Notes: generated by a model not told the origin, from the sequence alone. Shown: positions 48,392-62,711, counted from the first letter of the whole stretch. The stretch is 63,765 bases of DNA, filler included, from Octopus bimaculoides (GCF_001194135.2; 7 parts of 7 records of this genome joined end to end with filler, not necessarily neighbours in it), one strand, 5' to 3'. Program-made: numbers and translations.

Positions 48392-51300
48392 TTGCTTACT
48401 TGCTTAAGGCAGTCCATCTTGATAGATGACGACGTCGTCTTTGAGCATTAGAGTTTGTCTTGATGGCGTTGGCAGGTCCTCTTGTAGCTGAAAAGGCTTA
48501 ATCTGGAGGCACATGTTCGAATACATTTAGAGCAGCGAAGAGGCCTATCGACGAAGATGAGCTCGTCTAGGATTTTGCTGACGTCCCTTGAGCTGCCGCC
48601 GCTTTACTTCGCGAGGTGTAGTCCGCTCATCCTCAAAATGCGGCGTACCAGTTTTGACCATACCCCTCCAGGTCGTACGGTGTGTGGCCAGTGTTTCAAG
48701 TTCACCAGAGAAGATGTTGTAGAGCTTCAGGTATTTCTTGAGTTGATCTTTATATCACTTCTTTAGACCTCCATGCGGTTGGTTACCCTCTATTAACTCC
48801 CCCAAAAGGACAATCTTGTGTATACGGCTTTCTGGCATCCTGATAACATGCTCCACCCAGGCACGTTGACTTCCGATGATCATGCATTCAATACTGGTCA
48901 ATTTCGCTCGTCTTAGGATATCCGTATGTGGGATCTTGTCCTTCGAGGTCAGATGAAAAATGCGCTGGAGACAGCGGATATGAAAGGATTCGAGAAGTTT
49001 GACATGATGACGATAAATTGTGCAAGTTTCTGAAGCATACAGAACCGTGGAAACCACGACAGCACGATAAACCTCGATTTTCGTGGAGAGATTCAGATCA
49101 CGATTAAGGAAGACCCTATCCTTGAGATGTCCAAAAGCGGGGGAGGCAAGGTGGATGCGATTCTGAATTTCGTGGTCAATGACCCTATTGCTTTAGGTGA
49201 TGCTACCCAAATAGGTAAATTTCTCGGTGTTCTTTACCTGGTTGTACTCGATCGAAAGAGTCACAGAAAGTGAACCATTTTTGGAGCGTTGAAGGATCTC
49301 TGTTTTCTTGGTGTTGACCTCGAGTCCAGCCCGACGATTAGCATCGCACACAACGTCTAGGTTCTGCTGAAGGCTGGCTGGTTCGTGGGCGAGAGCTTCG
49401 CTGTTATCGGCATAGTGTAATACGAAGAGAATTTTGGACTGACTATTTTGTTAGTGATTTTAGTCTTCTAAAGTTGAAGAAACTGCCATCGTGGCGATAT
49501 CGAATTGGGATGCCATCTTCGAGGTTGAGGTCATAGCGAGGTAATAAGGTCACAGCTACAAAGAACACATTGAAGAGGAAAGGGGCCAGGACACATCCTT
49601 GTTTAACACCGACTTGAAAGTTGAAGTAGTCAGACTGATCACCACGCAATGTCACACGTTCATTCATGCCGTCATGGAACTGCCGTAGCATAGCACAAAG
49701 CTTAGGAGGGCATCCGTACCTCTGCAGGAATTCCATAGTAGTGGGTGGCTAATTGTATCAAGAGCCTTACGTAGGTCAATAAAGGCAAACGAAGCATCAC
49801 GCTGTTGTTCTCGGCACTTCTCTAACTGGAGGTGGGAGACAAAGACCATGTCCATAGTGCTACGGTTAGCTCTAAAATCGCATTGAGACTCTGGGAAGAT
49901 TCCTTCAAAAAGAGCAGCGAAGAAGTCGAGAGAGCTGGATGCGTGCCAAGACCTTTCCTGCAACATCCAGGAGTGAAATACGTCTGCTGTTTTTGCAGTC
50001 TGAGCGATCTCCCTTCTTCTTGAAGATGGTGATAATGTTTTTCCAGTGTTCAGGGATCAAGACACTAGAGGAGAATTTGATGAAGACGCTGGACAAGAGC
50101 AGGACCAACATATTTATAGATCTCTCGCGAAACACCATCTGATCCAGGTGATGTCCTCTTTTTTAAGTAGGAGAGAGCTGTACAGATTCCCACGAGGGAG
50201 GGTTCCGTATCCAGCTCAGGGAGAGGATGGAAATGAGGGAGCTCAACAATCAGTGTTGTGTCTGTAGGATTTATCTTGTACAGCAAGGAGTTGATGTGCA
50301 CTGCGCATCTGTCATGGATCCGGGTCTTTTCCTTGAAGAGACTATTGCCGTCTGAAGATCGTATCGGATTGATATGATTGGACGACGGATTTGGTTGCAG
50401 TGTAGAACCCGTGGATCTTATTTTCATCCGGAAAATGTGGAATTTCTGCAGCTTTGTTGATTTTCTGAATGTGTGCGCGTTGGACCTGCTCGAGAGGTAG
50501 GGATCACGAGTCCAGTTTTAACATCTGAGAAGCGAGAGAATCTCATCAGCAAATACATCAAACCAGTCAGGATTGCAACATCTGGTGTGTCCTAGTTGTT
50601 CGGTTGCGACTGATGTGATCAGGGAGATAGTTTTGTCCCATATATCATCTAGCTCCTCGTGGTTTACCGAGGTAGGATCGCGGAGTGAGAGAGTATCCAA
50701 TTTGATGGCGAGCTGATCTTGAAAGAGGCCACGATTCTCACGATGATACAGTTTCGTGGTGTTCAGTCAATTTAATGCTGTCGACTTTCGGCTAGGGGGT
50801 CGAATGTTCTGGTCCGTCCAGCATCTGCTCGACGCATTGAGTGAGTAAGAACATCGCCTATGTCTTGACGACGGACAATGATGTAGTCTAGGAGACTCCA
50901 CTTTTTGGAACGCGGGTGCATCCATGACGTCTTTTAAATGAACCGCTGTTGAAAGAGCGTCTACTCGGAGCGGAACGTGAGTAGTCTCTGTTTATTAGCG
51001 TTCATTTACCCTGTGCCGTGAGGACCGAGGATCCCTTTCCAGGCAGTATTGTCGCAGCCAACACAGGAGTTGAAGTCACCAAAGGGCACGATCTTGTCCG
51101 ATCGGGAAATGTTTAGAAACGCAGTATGCAGAGAATTTTAGGTGTGTTTTATCTCATCACAGTCGCGAATTGGTCCATAAACCCTGAGAAGTCTCAGGAA
51201 ACGTTTGTTCGAAAGTGACAGTTTGATTGTCATCAGGTGTTCGTTGATACAGGGGAGTACTTCAGGAATATTCTACACTCGGCAGTTCTTCATTGCGAAA

Positions 51301-52265
51301 CAAACCCCATACATACGGGGAATCCTAGAGGGATGTACTTTTCAGAAGAAAGTGTATCTACCAGCTTCTTCAGTGAGGGAACACTCACTGGAGAAACAAG
51401 TTGCACTGAATGAAGCAATGTCGACGTTGTAGCGCTCGAGTTCTGTGGCTACAGTAGCAGTGCGTCGCGGGTGTCGTCGAGTGTCCGGCTCATCATGTGG
51501 AACGTTTTCATGGAGGGTACGAACATTCCAACATGCAAGGATGAGATTCGAGGGATTCTTTTTTCTTTCTCAATTTTGATGCTTGGCTTCGACCGCATGT
51601 TTAGGGATGACTTACTGGGAACAGTCACCTAGTTGAGTAAGTAATGACGAGCATTTTCTGAGCCACATTTTCTAGGCCCTTTCCCAATGTGGGGCAGGAA
51701 GTTCTATCCCTGAAAATGGTTGCCTGGACGCACAAGCAGGACCAACGTGGATGTTCGTCTACGGGTCCATCCAACAACGACCGTCTTACTTATGCTATCT
51801 ACGTCCAGGACTCCAACAAGAGGCTTCCATCTACATCATATTCTGCCCCCATCGCCAGATGATCTCATCGCTGTAGGACATTCAGAGAGGAAAAAGAGAA
51901 TGAAGGATGAAAGGCGAAGCTTGTGCTGTGAAAAGTTCAAGATGCACAGTTCTCAGCTGCACGCACTCACCAAAAGGTGTGGTGGGTTCAATGGCAAGAG
52001 GATTCTCGAGACGATTGACCCTTGTCTTATGATGCAACGAGCTACCGGTGTATGTGGATAAGATCATATGCTCCTTCTTGGGACCAGACTGTCTGGTCAT
52101 GTTCGCAGGCTTCCTGTGGCAAGCTGCCGGAAATCCAGTTTGTCGCAGACCACCTTTATAGCCAGCTTGCTAGACATTGCCCTCATCCGACTTCACTAGA
52201 AACTGATCTGCCGTTGAGGACTTGCAATACCAGAGCTCCGTTAGCCACATTTTCATGATTCGGGA
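48392..52265 (-). mobile_element. Near-full-length (about 3.9 kb) decayed RTE-clade LINE: 5' UTR, APE endonuclease, RT, C-terminal zinc finger, short tandem tail
   Basis: ATG 51598: MRSKPSIK..LILACWNVRTL..RRTATVATELERYNVDIA (APE). RT motifs FIDLRKALDT, GVKQGCVLAPFLF, LHYADN, FTYLGS. C-terminal CSKCIRTCASRLSLFS; tail TAAGCAAGTAAGCAA at about 48392. Multiple frameshifts and stops. Confidence 0.93.
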
Positions 52266-52528
52266 TCTAAGTATATATATAAAAGTAAAAATATACATAC
52301 ACACACACTCATATATATATATATATATATATATANNNNNNNNNNNNNNNNNNNNNNNNNNNNNNNNNNNNNNNNNNNNTTAATTAATTAANNNNNNNNN
52401 NNNNNNNNNNNNNNNNNNNNNNNNNNNNNNNNNNNTATTTTATCTATAAAGCTCAATTTAAATTTAATTTTTTATAAATTGATTTTAATTGAGTTTTTCC
52501 CTATAATTTTGGATTTTGTCCCTAATAT

Positions 52529-52569
<41 letters not shown>

Positions 52570-52794
52570 CCGTAGTATATAATAGCAGCTAAACATAAAA
52601 CTGTTAAAGCACTAGCTATTTATTCATTGAACTTGGTCCAAATCAGTCTTACTCGTAGAGTGTTAATCAGTAATGCCTTTGCAAATAGCTAAAAGCATGT
52701 TCAGATGCATCTGAAGTCCCAACACAAGATTCAACTTAATCCCCTGATCACTTTTGCTCTTGAACACAAACATATTGTTGCTATTATGCAAAAT

Positions 52795-52960
52795 ATTGTA
52801 GGATCGTTAGTACGCCGGGCAAAATGCTGAGAGGTATTTCCTTCGTTTTCCCGTTGTGAGTTCAAATTCCGCCGAGGTCGACTTTGCCTTTCATAGTTTC
52901 TGGGTTGATGAAATAAGTAACAGTTGAGTGCTGTGCCAAAATTTGAAATCAATATCCCTT
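52795..52960 (+). mobile_element. SINE family D copy
   Basis: CGTTAGTACGCCGGGC...GAGTTCAAATTCCGCCGAGGTCGACTTTGCCTTTCAT. Confidence 0.75.
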
Positions 52961-52987
52961 ACTTCTGTGTATATTTCAATATTTTAT

Positions 52988-53412
52988 AGGCACAGGCGCG
53001 ACTGTGTGGTAAGAAGCCTGCTTCCCAACCACATGGTTCCGAGTTCAGTCTCTTTGCGTGGCACGTTGAGCAAATGTCTTCTACTATAGCTTTGGACCGA
53101 CCAAAGCCTCGTGAGTGGATCTGGTAGACGGAACCTGAAAGAAGCCCGGTGTATATTTGTGTGTGTGTGTGTGTGTGTGTGAGCGCGCACGTGCGTACGT
53201 TCGTGTCCCTGTGCCTGTCTTTGTCCCCCCCATCACCACTTGACAACCAGTGTTGGTTTGTTTACGTTCTCCTAACTTGGTGGTTCAGCAAAAGAAACTG
53301 ATAGAATAATTTCTAGGCTTAAAATATTAAGCCTTGGGTTTGATTTGTTCGCCAAAACGCCTCAAGACGCTGCTCCAGTATGGCTGCAGTCAAATGACTG
53401 AAACAAGTGAAA
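52988..53412 (+). mobile_element. SINE family A, diverged full-length copy
   Basis: Family A head, core and tail. Confidence 0.8.
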
Positions 53413-53454
53413 GAGTGAAAGTGAGTTCTATGTGTTGTATTACACGGACGTACA

Positions 53455-53680
53455 TTACGTTGTCCTATGCAGTCTTACGTCTATGTCAGTGATCATTAGA
53501 CGATTATGTCCTATCGGGCCGTATACCTACGTTAGTCGCCAGTATATTATTAGATTATTACGATCCTATGCGGCCTTATGTTTCAGTTAGAAGTCAATAG
53601 ATCTTCATGTCCGATGCAGCCTTATGCCACTGTTACATGTTCAATAGATTATAATGTCTTATGGTCTGACAGTTAATTCT
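53455..53680. repeat. Degenerate minisatellite, about 46-bp unit, about 5 copies
   Basis: GTCCTATGCAG(C/T)CTTA(T/C)G-like motif at 53462, 53508, 53563, 53609 and 53656. Confidence 0.6.
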
Positions 53681-53825
53681 ACTTCCTGTTTAAAGAGGCT
53701 ACACATTGTGCCAAACCACCGCTAAATATATATTAATCATTGAAACGGGTTGGTAGCTGGATAGATAGACGTACAAAATGATTGGGAGCGAGCGAGTGGC
53801 GGAGAGAAGGAAGAGAGAAGGAGAC

Positions 53826-53870
<45 letters not shown>

Positions 53871-54432
53871 GAAAGAGAACGTGTGTGGTGGGGGGACGGT
53901 CTCGTTCAAAAGGGATAACTGGATAGATAGACGGACAGACTGATAAGGAGAGATCGAGCGAGCGAGAAAGGAAAGAAGAAAAGAGGAGAGAAGTACAAAG
54001 AAGAAGAGAGAGAGAAAGAGAGAGACAAAGTGAGAATAAGACCGCGCGGTAGAGAGAGAGAGAGAGAATAAGAAGAGCATGAGTGTGAATCTACGTCTTT
54101 GTCTGTGTATGTGTGTGTTTGCGTGTTACATGGACGGTGATCCGCTAAAAGCATTTATAAATTTTCATTAAGACCATTTCGCCAGAAAAAAAAGAAGTTT
54201 TTTTTAATTTTATTTATATAATTTTATTTTACTATATTTGTTGTTTATATCTTTTTATAAATTTTTTATTATATTTATTTCAATTGTTTTGAATTGTTTT
54301 TAGATTCATTGTATTTGTAGATGTTTTTTCTTCTATATATATGTGTATGTATGTGTGTGTAATTGTCTTTTAGCATTTAGTAAGGGAATAATTAATGCGT
54401 TGTATCTACTACTACTACTACTACTACTACTA

Positions 54433-54467
<35 letters not shown>

Positions 54468-54734
54468 ACGTTCCTTGATAGAACAAAGAAACCAGGTTTG
54501 ACTGGAATAAAGTTTACAGCGTATGCGATAAACTTTTTATAACACAATGCAAACACACACGAAACATGAAACACATTTACTGAAATTTATTTAAAACCAC
54601 AAGAAAAACATTAAAATCAAATAGATAAACAAAGATATTTGAAAAAAGTTTCTTTTGCTAATTTAAGTTATTTGAGCACGGCCATGAGACTACGGCTGAG
54701 ACCTCAATTTAAAAAAAATATCATATCGATATAT

Positions 54735-55339
54735 TGGTTTCAAATTTTGGCAGTTGGCCAAAAATTTTGGGGGAAGGGTAAGTCGATTGCAACGACCCTA
54801 GTATTTCACTGGTACTTATCATATCGACTCCGAAAGAATAAAAGGCAAAGTTGGCCCCGGCGGAATTTGAACTTAGAACGTGAAAACAGACGAAATGCCG
54901 TTAAGCATTTCGCCCGGCGTTGCTAACGTTTCTTATTTCTTCATTGCCCACAAAGGGCTAAACATAGACGGGACAAACAAAGAGATTAAGTCGATTATAT
55001 CGACCCCAGTGCGTAACTGGTACTTAATTTATCGACCCCGAAAGGATGAAAGGCAAAGTAGCCCTCGACGGAATTTGAACTCAGAACATTAAAACAGACG
55101 AAATACCTATTTCGTTATTGCCCACAAGGGGCTAAACATAGAGGGAACAAACAAGAACAGACGAACGGATTAAGTCGATTACATCGACCCCAGTGCGTAA
55201 CTGGTACTTAATTTATCGACCCCGAAAGGATGAAAGGCAAAGTCGACCTCGGCGGAATTTGAACTCAGAACGCAGTGGCAGACGAAATACCGCTAAGCAT
55301 TTCGCCCGGCGTGCTAACGATTTTGCCCGGTCGCCGCCT
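54735..55339 (-). mobile_element. Head-to-tail trimer of SINE family D
   Basis: AAGTCGATT..ATCGACCCC..GGTACTT..GAAAGG..GGAATTTGAAC repeated three times (units about 54735-54932, 54933-55106, 55107-55339). Confidence 0.85.
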
Positions 55340-55856
55340 CTTAATTGAGAACATTATACGAACAAAGTACTGTGACAAAGTGTTTTTCAGTATATTTTAC
55401 ACACTCGGGTTTCGTTCCTGAAATTGCTGTTACACACATGTAATGTATGTGTTACATACCACCTCTTGGCTAATTACTATTAAGTGATTAACAATTAGTT
55501 ACAACAGAATGAAGAAAGGAATAAATGAAAAACAGAATTGGGTAAACAGCATATTTAAGAATTTCTGATAAATAATAACAGGTTATGCCTTCTCTCTGTC
55601 TGTCTGTCTGTCTCTCTGTCCGGCGCGCTCTCTCTCTCTCTCTCTCAATATACATACATGCATTCATACATACATACGTGTGTGTGCGTGGGCGCGCGTG
55701 TGTGCGTGTGCGGGCGTGTGTGTGTGTTTATACCTGCTTTTGTACGTCGTCATGTATGTATGTATGTATTATGTATGTATTATGTATGTATTATGCATGT
55801 ATGCATGTATGTACGTATGCATGTATTTATGTATGTATGTATGTATGTATGTAAGT

Positions 55857-56180
55857 GAAGGCGCGTGGCTTAGTGGTTAGGGCATTCGGCACATGATCGT
55901 AAGGTCGCGGGTTCAATTACTAGCGGTGTTTCGTGTCCTTGAGCAAGACACTTTATTTCACGTTGCTCAAGTCCTCTCACCTGGCAAAACTGAGTGGTAC
56001 CTGTATTTCAAAGGGCCAGCCATATCTCATTCTGTGTCACGCTCAATCCTCCTGAGAACTACATTAAGCATACACGTGTCTGTGGAGTGCTCAGCCACTT
56101 GCACGTTAAATTCACGAGCAGGCTTTTCCATTGATCGGATCAACTGAGACCCTAGTCGTCCTAACCGGTGGAGTGCTTGT
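55857..56180 (+). mobile_element. tRNA-derived SINE sharing its 3' part with family C but with a different head and core
   Basis: GCGCGTGGCTTAGTGGTTAGGG..GCGGGTTCAATT head and GTCCTTGAGCAAGACACTT core, then the family C tail CACGTGTCTGTGGAGTGCTCAGCCACTTGCACG. Confidence 0.75.
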
Positions 56181-57435
56181 AATGTATGTATGTATGTATG
56201 TATGTATGTATGCATGTATGTCGTCCTGTTTTAGCTTGTTATGCAATGTGGGCAGAGCCTGAGGATTGCGTGAAGGCACTAGACCTATTATAAAATGCTG
56301 TCCGAGTCGTTTTCATCGCATGAAACTATTAATAGCTCATTAAAATATAGACTGTGTTTATTAAATAATATTTATCTCTCAGGAGATGGAGTAGTTGTTA
56401 CCTTCATAGAACAGTATACTATATATATATATATATATATATATNNNNNNNNNNNNNNNNNNNNNNNNNNNNNNNNNNNNNNNNNNNNNNNNNNNNNNNN
56501 NNNNNNNNNNNNNNNNNNNNNNNNNNNNNNNNNNNNNNNNNNNNNNNNNNNNNNNNNNNNNNNNNNNNNNNNNNNNNNNNNNNNNNNNNNNNNNNNNNNN
56601 NNNNNNNNNNNNNNNNNNNNNNNNNNNNNNNNNNNNNNNNNNNNNNNNNNNNNNNNNNNNNNNNNNNNNNNNNNNNNNNNNNNNNNNNNNNNNNNNNNNN
56701 NNNNNNNNNNNNNNNNNNNNNNNNNNNNNNNNNNNNNNNNNNNNNNNNNNNNNNNNNNNNNNNNNNNNNNNNNNNNNNNNNNNNNNNNNNNNNNNNNNNN
56801 NNNNNNNNNNNNNNNNNNNNNNNNNNNNNNNNNNNNNNNNNNNNNNNNNNNNNNNNNNNNNNNNNNNNNNNNNNNNNNNNNNNNNNNNNNNNNNNNNNNN
56901 NNNNNNNNNNNNNNNNNNNNNNNNNNNNNNNNNNNNNNNNNNNNNNNNNNNNNNNNTATATATATATATATATATATTTTTTTGTGTGGGTATATGTGTG
57001 TTTGTGTGTGTGTGCATGTTTCTAATTATAAGTATGAGAACACGAACATGCTTTAAAAATTCATCTAACGTAATTTGAGGCGTACCAAGATAATGCACAA
57101 ATATAACTACGGAACATAGTTGTATATATTTCTTTTATATATTTCAACCCAAAGGCTGGCTGTGGCCATGCTGGAGTGCCACCAGTGTGTGAATGTATCA
57201 TGTTTGCATAAACATTTGGGAGTACACACGCACACACATGCATGTATATGTGCGTACTTATAAAGACGTAGTTTTGAAGCTAACAAGTTTTGCTTCGTAA
57301 TCAAAGAAGTTTGGAATTCAATCATAATACGCAACATATCGGGTTTATTGTTTACAGCAAAAACGCAGTGATTACTTCGTATATAGACGGGAATCAGATG
57401 CTACGTGTGTGTGTATATATATATACATATATATA

Positions 57436-57514
<79 letters not shown>

Positions 57515-57672
57515 NNNNNNNNNNNNNNNNNNNNNNNNNNNNNNNNNNNNNNNNNNNNNNNNNNNNNNNNNNNNNNNNNNNNNNNNNNNNNNNNNNNNNN
57601 NNNNNNNNNNNNNNNNNNNNNNNNNNNNNNNNNNNNNNNNNNNNNNNNNNNNNNNNNNNNNNNNNNNNNNNN

Positions 57673-57720
<48 letters not shown>

Positions 57721-57817
57721 AACACACACACACACATAAATGTGTTTGTATGTATATGTCTCTCTCTCTCTCTCTCTCTCTTTCTCTATATGCATTTGCA
57801 TATTTATATGCACGTAT

Positions 57818-57870
<53 letters not shown>

Positions 57871-58023
57871 CACAGAGAGAGAGTATACACATACGCAAAT
57901 ACACACGCATGTCTACACTGTCACAGACACTCTAAAATGCACACGCACACACACGCACACACACACGCACACACACACACACACACACACTCACACAGAC
58001 ATATGTATACCTATATATATATC

Positions 58024-58060
<37 letters not shown>

Positions 58061-58341
58061 TGCCTCAGAAAAATTGACGAAGCATCTACTAACAGCTGCT
58101 TTTACAGATGCGACAGTCCCTCACATGGAGACTGTTGGATCAAACTACACCGTCTCTATGTCGTTTTGTGTATCACATAAGGTAGCAAGCAGACCATGTA
58201 AAGAAACTCAGTACAGCTCCACATAATCAACACAGATATTATAACATACCATTATTCACATCACACATACTCTCTAGTCAGCCACCACCACCTTCCCGAC
58301 TCTACAAAAAGAAAGGTCTACACATCACGTATCCTCGGCAC

Positions 58342-58687
58342 CATTGGTTCTCAACCATTTTCTGTCTATGGACCCCTTTGATTGCTATTTTATTCTCTTG
58401 AATCCCCACAGCCATTCGATGTTTTAAAAACTACTTTTATGGATACTTCTTTCAAAATTCGTATTTTGTTTTTCACATGTTCATTTGCATAGATTTGCAT
58501 CAGATTCACACATTTATTGCAAGTGTCCTTCAGTTTTTCTAAGCACTGTAAAAGAATTCGGAAGGTTGGGTTTCCAACCAGGCCTTTGGTGACACCCTTA
58601 GAATTTTTTAAAACGGCTATGGGGGATCCGGTAGAATTAAATAGTTATCAAAGGAAGGCATCGGCAAAAGTTAGTTGAGAAACACTT
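58342..58687. mobile_element. hAT/Charlie-type MITE (about 345 bp)
   Basis: Termini CATTGGTTCTCAACC and AGTTGAGAAACACT resemble the Charlie TIR CAGTGGTTCTCAACC; no clear 8-bp TSD seen. Confidence 0.5.
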
Positions 58688-58710
58688 TTAAAAGATGTAA
58701 TTTGAAAACA

Positions 58711-59115
58711 GGCGCAGGAGTGGCTGTGTGGTAAGTAGCATGAATACCAGCCACATGGTTCCGGGTTCAGTCCCACTGCGTGGTACCTCCGTGGTACTTG
58801 CGTGGTAAGTGTCTTCTACTATAGCTTCGGGATGACCAAAGCCTTGTGAGTGGATTTGGTAGACGGAAACTGAAAGAAGCCCGTCGTATATATGTATATG
58901 TATATATATGTGTGTGTTTGTGTGTCTGTGTTTGTCCCCCCAGCATCGCTTGACAACTGATGCTAGTGTGTTTACGTCCCCGTAACTTAGCGGTTCGGCA
59001 ACAGAGACCGATAGAATAAGTACTAGGCATACAAAGAATAAGTCCTGGGGGGTCGATTTGCTCGAATAAAGGCGGTGCTCCAGCATGGCCGCAGACTGAA
59101 ACAAGTAAAAAGAGT
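58711..59115 (+). mobile_element. SINE family A, full-length, with a small internal GCGTGGTAC duplication
   Basis: GGCGCAGGAGTGGCTGTGTGGTAAG head through GAAACAAGTAAAAAGAGT tail. Confidence 0.88.
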
Positions 59116-59663
59116 AAAAAAAGAGTATATTTGGCTAACAAGATCTTATTTATTTTAAATGAAATTAGATGTTAGCTGTTGTTTTGGGGAGAAATTTGGT
59201 TGCTATTTCTCGCATGTAAATCCATTAGTCCACCATGAAGGGACTCCCTTATTGACAGGAAGATGCCTTTTATTTATTTATTTATTTACTTTTTAATTTT
59301 CTGTCTTGAAGGTTTGTTAGTGAGATGTGAGGCAAAGTCCAGTCTCTTGGCTTTGACATGGTTTGTCCAATCACAAGCAGAGGCTGTTTTAGCGGCTTAT
59401 ATATCACTGTGGAAGGAGGAGGAGAAGGAGGAGGAAGAGATGGCATGTCACAAGTAGGTGCTTGACAGGAGGTGTTCATGTTATGCATGTGTGTGTGTGT
59501 GTGTGCGTGTGTGTGTGTGTTTGTTAGCTTGCGTGCGTGTAAGTGAGCGAGTGAGCAGGTGTGTGTATGCGTGCGGATGACATCCGGAAGTGGGTGGAAT
59601 TGAATGAAGGTGTATAGGCGTTGTGCATGCGCGTACGCAGATACAAGCGCAAACACACAAATA

Positions 59664-59732
<69 letters not shown>

Positions 59733-59746
59733 AATTACTTAGAGAC

Positions 59747-59777
<31 letters not shown>

Positions 59778-59876
59778 CTAATACAAAGAGAGGTTCATAG
59801 AGAGAGAGAGAGAGACAGAGAGCTAGATAGATAGACAGATAGACTGACAAACAGACAACTAGATAGATAGATATAT

Positions 59877-59925
<49 letters not shown>

Positions 59926-61091
59926 GAGACAGACAGATAGAAGATAATTAGATACAGACACATACATTAATACATACGTACGAATATATATACAAACGCA
60001 GACACACATGCATAAATATATATATNNNNNNNNNNNNNNNNNNNNNNNNNNNNNNNNNNNNNNNNNNNNTTAATTAATTAANNNNNNNNNNNNNNNNNNN
60101 NNNNNNNNNNNNNNNNNNNNNNNNNACATATATGTGCATACCTACATCTATATGTATACATACATGCATATATAGTTACAGGACATCAAAAACACGTTAA
60201 ACACAATGAGACATTGAAACATAGAAAACGAACATTTTCCGAACAACGAAAAATACAAACTGAGAGACGAGACATACAACGTAAAGAGTATACCCCTTCA
60301 TCAGTTGTCCTTGTTCCATCTAATTCGCGTTTCGAAGGCAACGACAATACGCGACGCGACTTCGTTGAAACACGTCTTCCCGCAAAGCAAATTAAATAAA
60401 AATTTTGGGTTTTTCCAGAGGGTGAAAGTGTTAACAAGACCAGGACAGTCAGAACAAGACAGTAAAAACAAATGGTGAGGGCTGTTGAACCAAGACGATA
60501 GAAAAATTATTATGAACTCTAGGTAGACGAGCCATGAGAGAAGAGATAGAAATGTATGTATGTATTTATGTCATTTGAACGGTTGGTGACGTAACGTACT
60601 CACATATGAATGCGTACATATATCTATATATATATATATATNNNNNNNNNNNNNNNNNNNNNNNNNNNNNNNNNNNNNNNNNNNNNNNNNNNNNNNNNNN
60701 NNNNNNNNNNNNNNNNNNNNNNNNNNNNNNNNNNNNNNNNNNNNNNNNNNNNNNNNNNNNNNNNNNNNNNNNNNNNNNNNNNNNNNNNNNNNNNNNNNNN
60801 NNNNNNNNNNNNNNNNNNNNNNNNNNNNNNNNNNNNNNNNNNNNNNNNNNNNNNNNNNNNNNNNNNNNNNNNNNNNNNNNNNNNNNNNNNNNNNNNNNNN
60901 NNNNNNNNNNNNNNNNNNNNNNNNNNNNNNNNNNNNNNNNNNNNNNNNNNNNNNNNNNNNNNNNNNNNNNNNNNNNNNNNNNNNNNNNNNNNNNNNNNNN
61001 NNNNNNNNNNNNNNNNNNNNNNNNNNNNNNNNNNNNNNNNNNNNNNNNNNNNNNNNNNNNNNNNNNNNNNNNNNNNNNNNNNNNNNNNNNN

Positions 61092-61134
<43 letters not shown>

Positions 61135-62442
61135 GTATTTTTGTATCTCTCTCTCTCTCTCTCTCTCTCTCTTTCATTATCTAACTCTGTTTTCTTCCCT
61201 CTCTTTATATTTATCATTTATATGAAACTCCTGCAGTTAAATTTATTGTAAGCCTAATAATGTCATATCCCTCCTGCTGTGCAGAGGGATATGGTACACA
61301 ATGTGTCTCATAATGGCTGTTTCTTCAATATGTAAAAATAATTTTTCATGCAGCATCTTAGGAGGTTAATTATATCAATATATAAATGTAGGAAACATGA
61401 AAATAAATCAGTCACAAAGTTTATTGATACTGTTCATATCTTATTCTTTTTTCATTCGAATGCGAGACAGATTTCCTGAACTCTTTGATGAAAAAGACTG
61501 TAAATTCTATTGTTTATCAAATAACACAAAATTCTATTATGCTGTTACGAGATAACAATTATCACAGTATATGATAAGAGAAACGCCTGAATTTGCAGTT
61601 AAAAAGTATTATGTAAAGCGTGTGTATTGTTAGGTAATATTAGCTCTGTTGTTTTTTATGGTTTATGAATAATATATCTGTGATAATATTTATGTCTGAT
61701 CAAAGATGAAGATCTGCTTTATTAAAGTATCATACTATAACAAATACAAATATCAAAATATTTGACCAATGCCTGTTGTTGAGTGGCAGAATGTTTAAAA
61801 GCAAATATACCTTCACACGAATATGTGAACCATATTCCACAGCATCCCTCTTTAAATCACTATCTTTATATATTTATGTCTGTGTATATCTATGATTGCT
61901 TGTATATATTTATGCGTGGGTGTATANNNNNNNNNNNNNNNNNNNNNNNNNNNNNNNNNNNNNNNNNNNNTTAATTAATTAANNNNNNNNNNNNNNNNNN
62001 NNNNNNNNNNNNNNNNNNNNNNNNNNCGGATTTCTATTGCCGAACCGCTACGCAAAAGCAGACACGAAGAGAGAGAACAAGAGAGAGAGTGGAGAGAGAG
62101 AGAACGAGAGCGACCGAGAGAGAGAGAGAGAGAGAGCGCGAGAGCGACCGAGAGAGAGAGAGAGAGAGAGAGGCAGAGATATATCGATGCAAATAACCAA
62201 GTAAAACTTCTTGGCATGGATGTACAAACTTTTATACTTGGAGACAGAGAGATATAAAAAACTGAACATTTTCCAATCCTTGCTTTGTCTCTATTTCCAT
62301 GTATCCATGGATTTCTGTTGTAGGCACACTTTACGCAGCGGACTGTATCTTCGGTAAAAGTTTCAGGATTGTAAGCGGAATCTGTACGGACGTTACTCAG
62401 TGTTCTCTATATTGAGAAAATCTCGATCTCATCTGGTGACTC

Positions 62443-62473
<31 letters not shown>

Positions 62474-62489
62474 CTCTCTATCTCATACT

Positions 62490-62525
<36 letters not shown>

Positions 62526-62621
62526 GTATACATATATATACATATATATACATATATATACATTCAGACATACCTACATACACACACGCACGCATGCACA
62601 CACACACACACACGCACGCAT

Positions 62622-62710
<89 letters not shown>

Positions 62711-62711
<1 letters not shown>

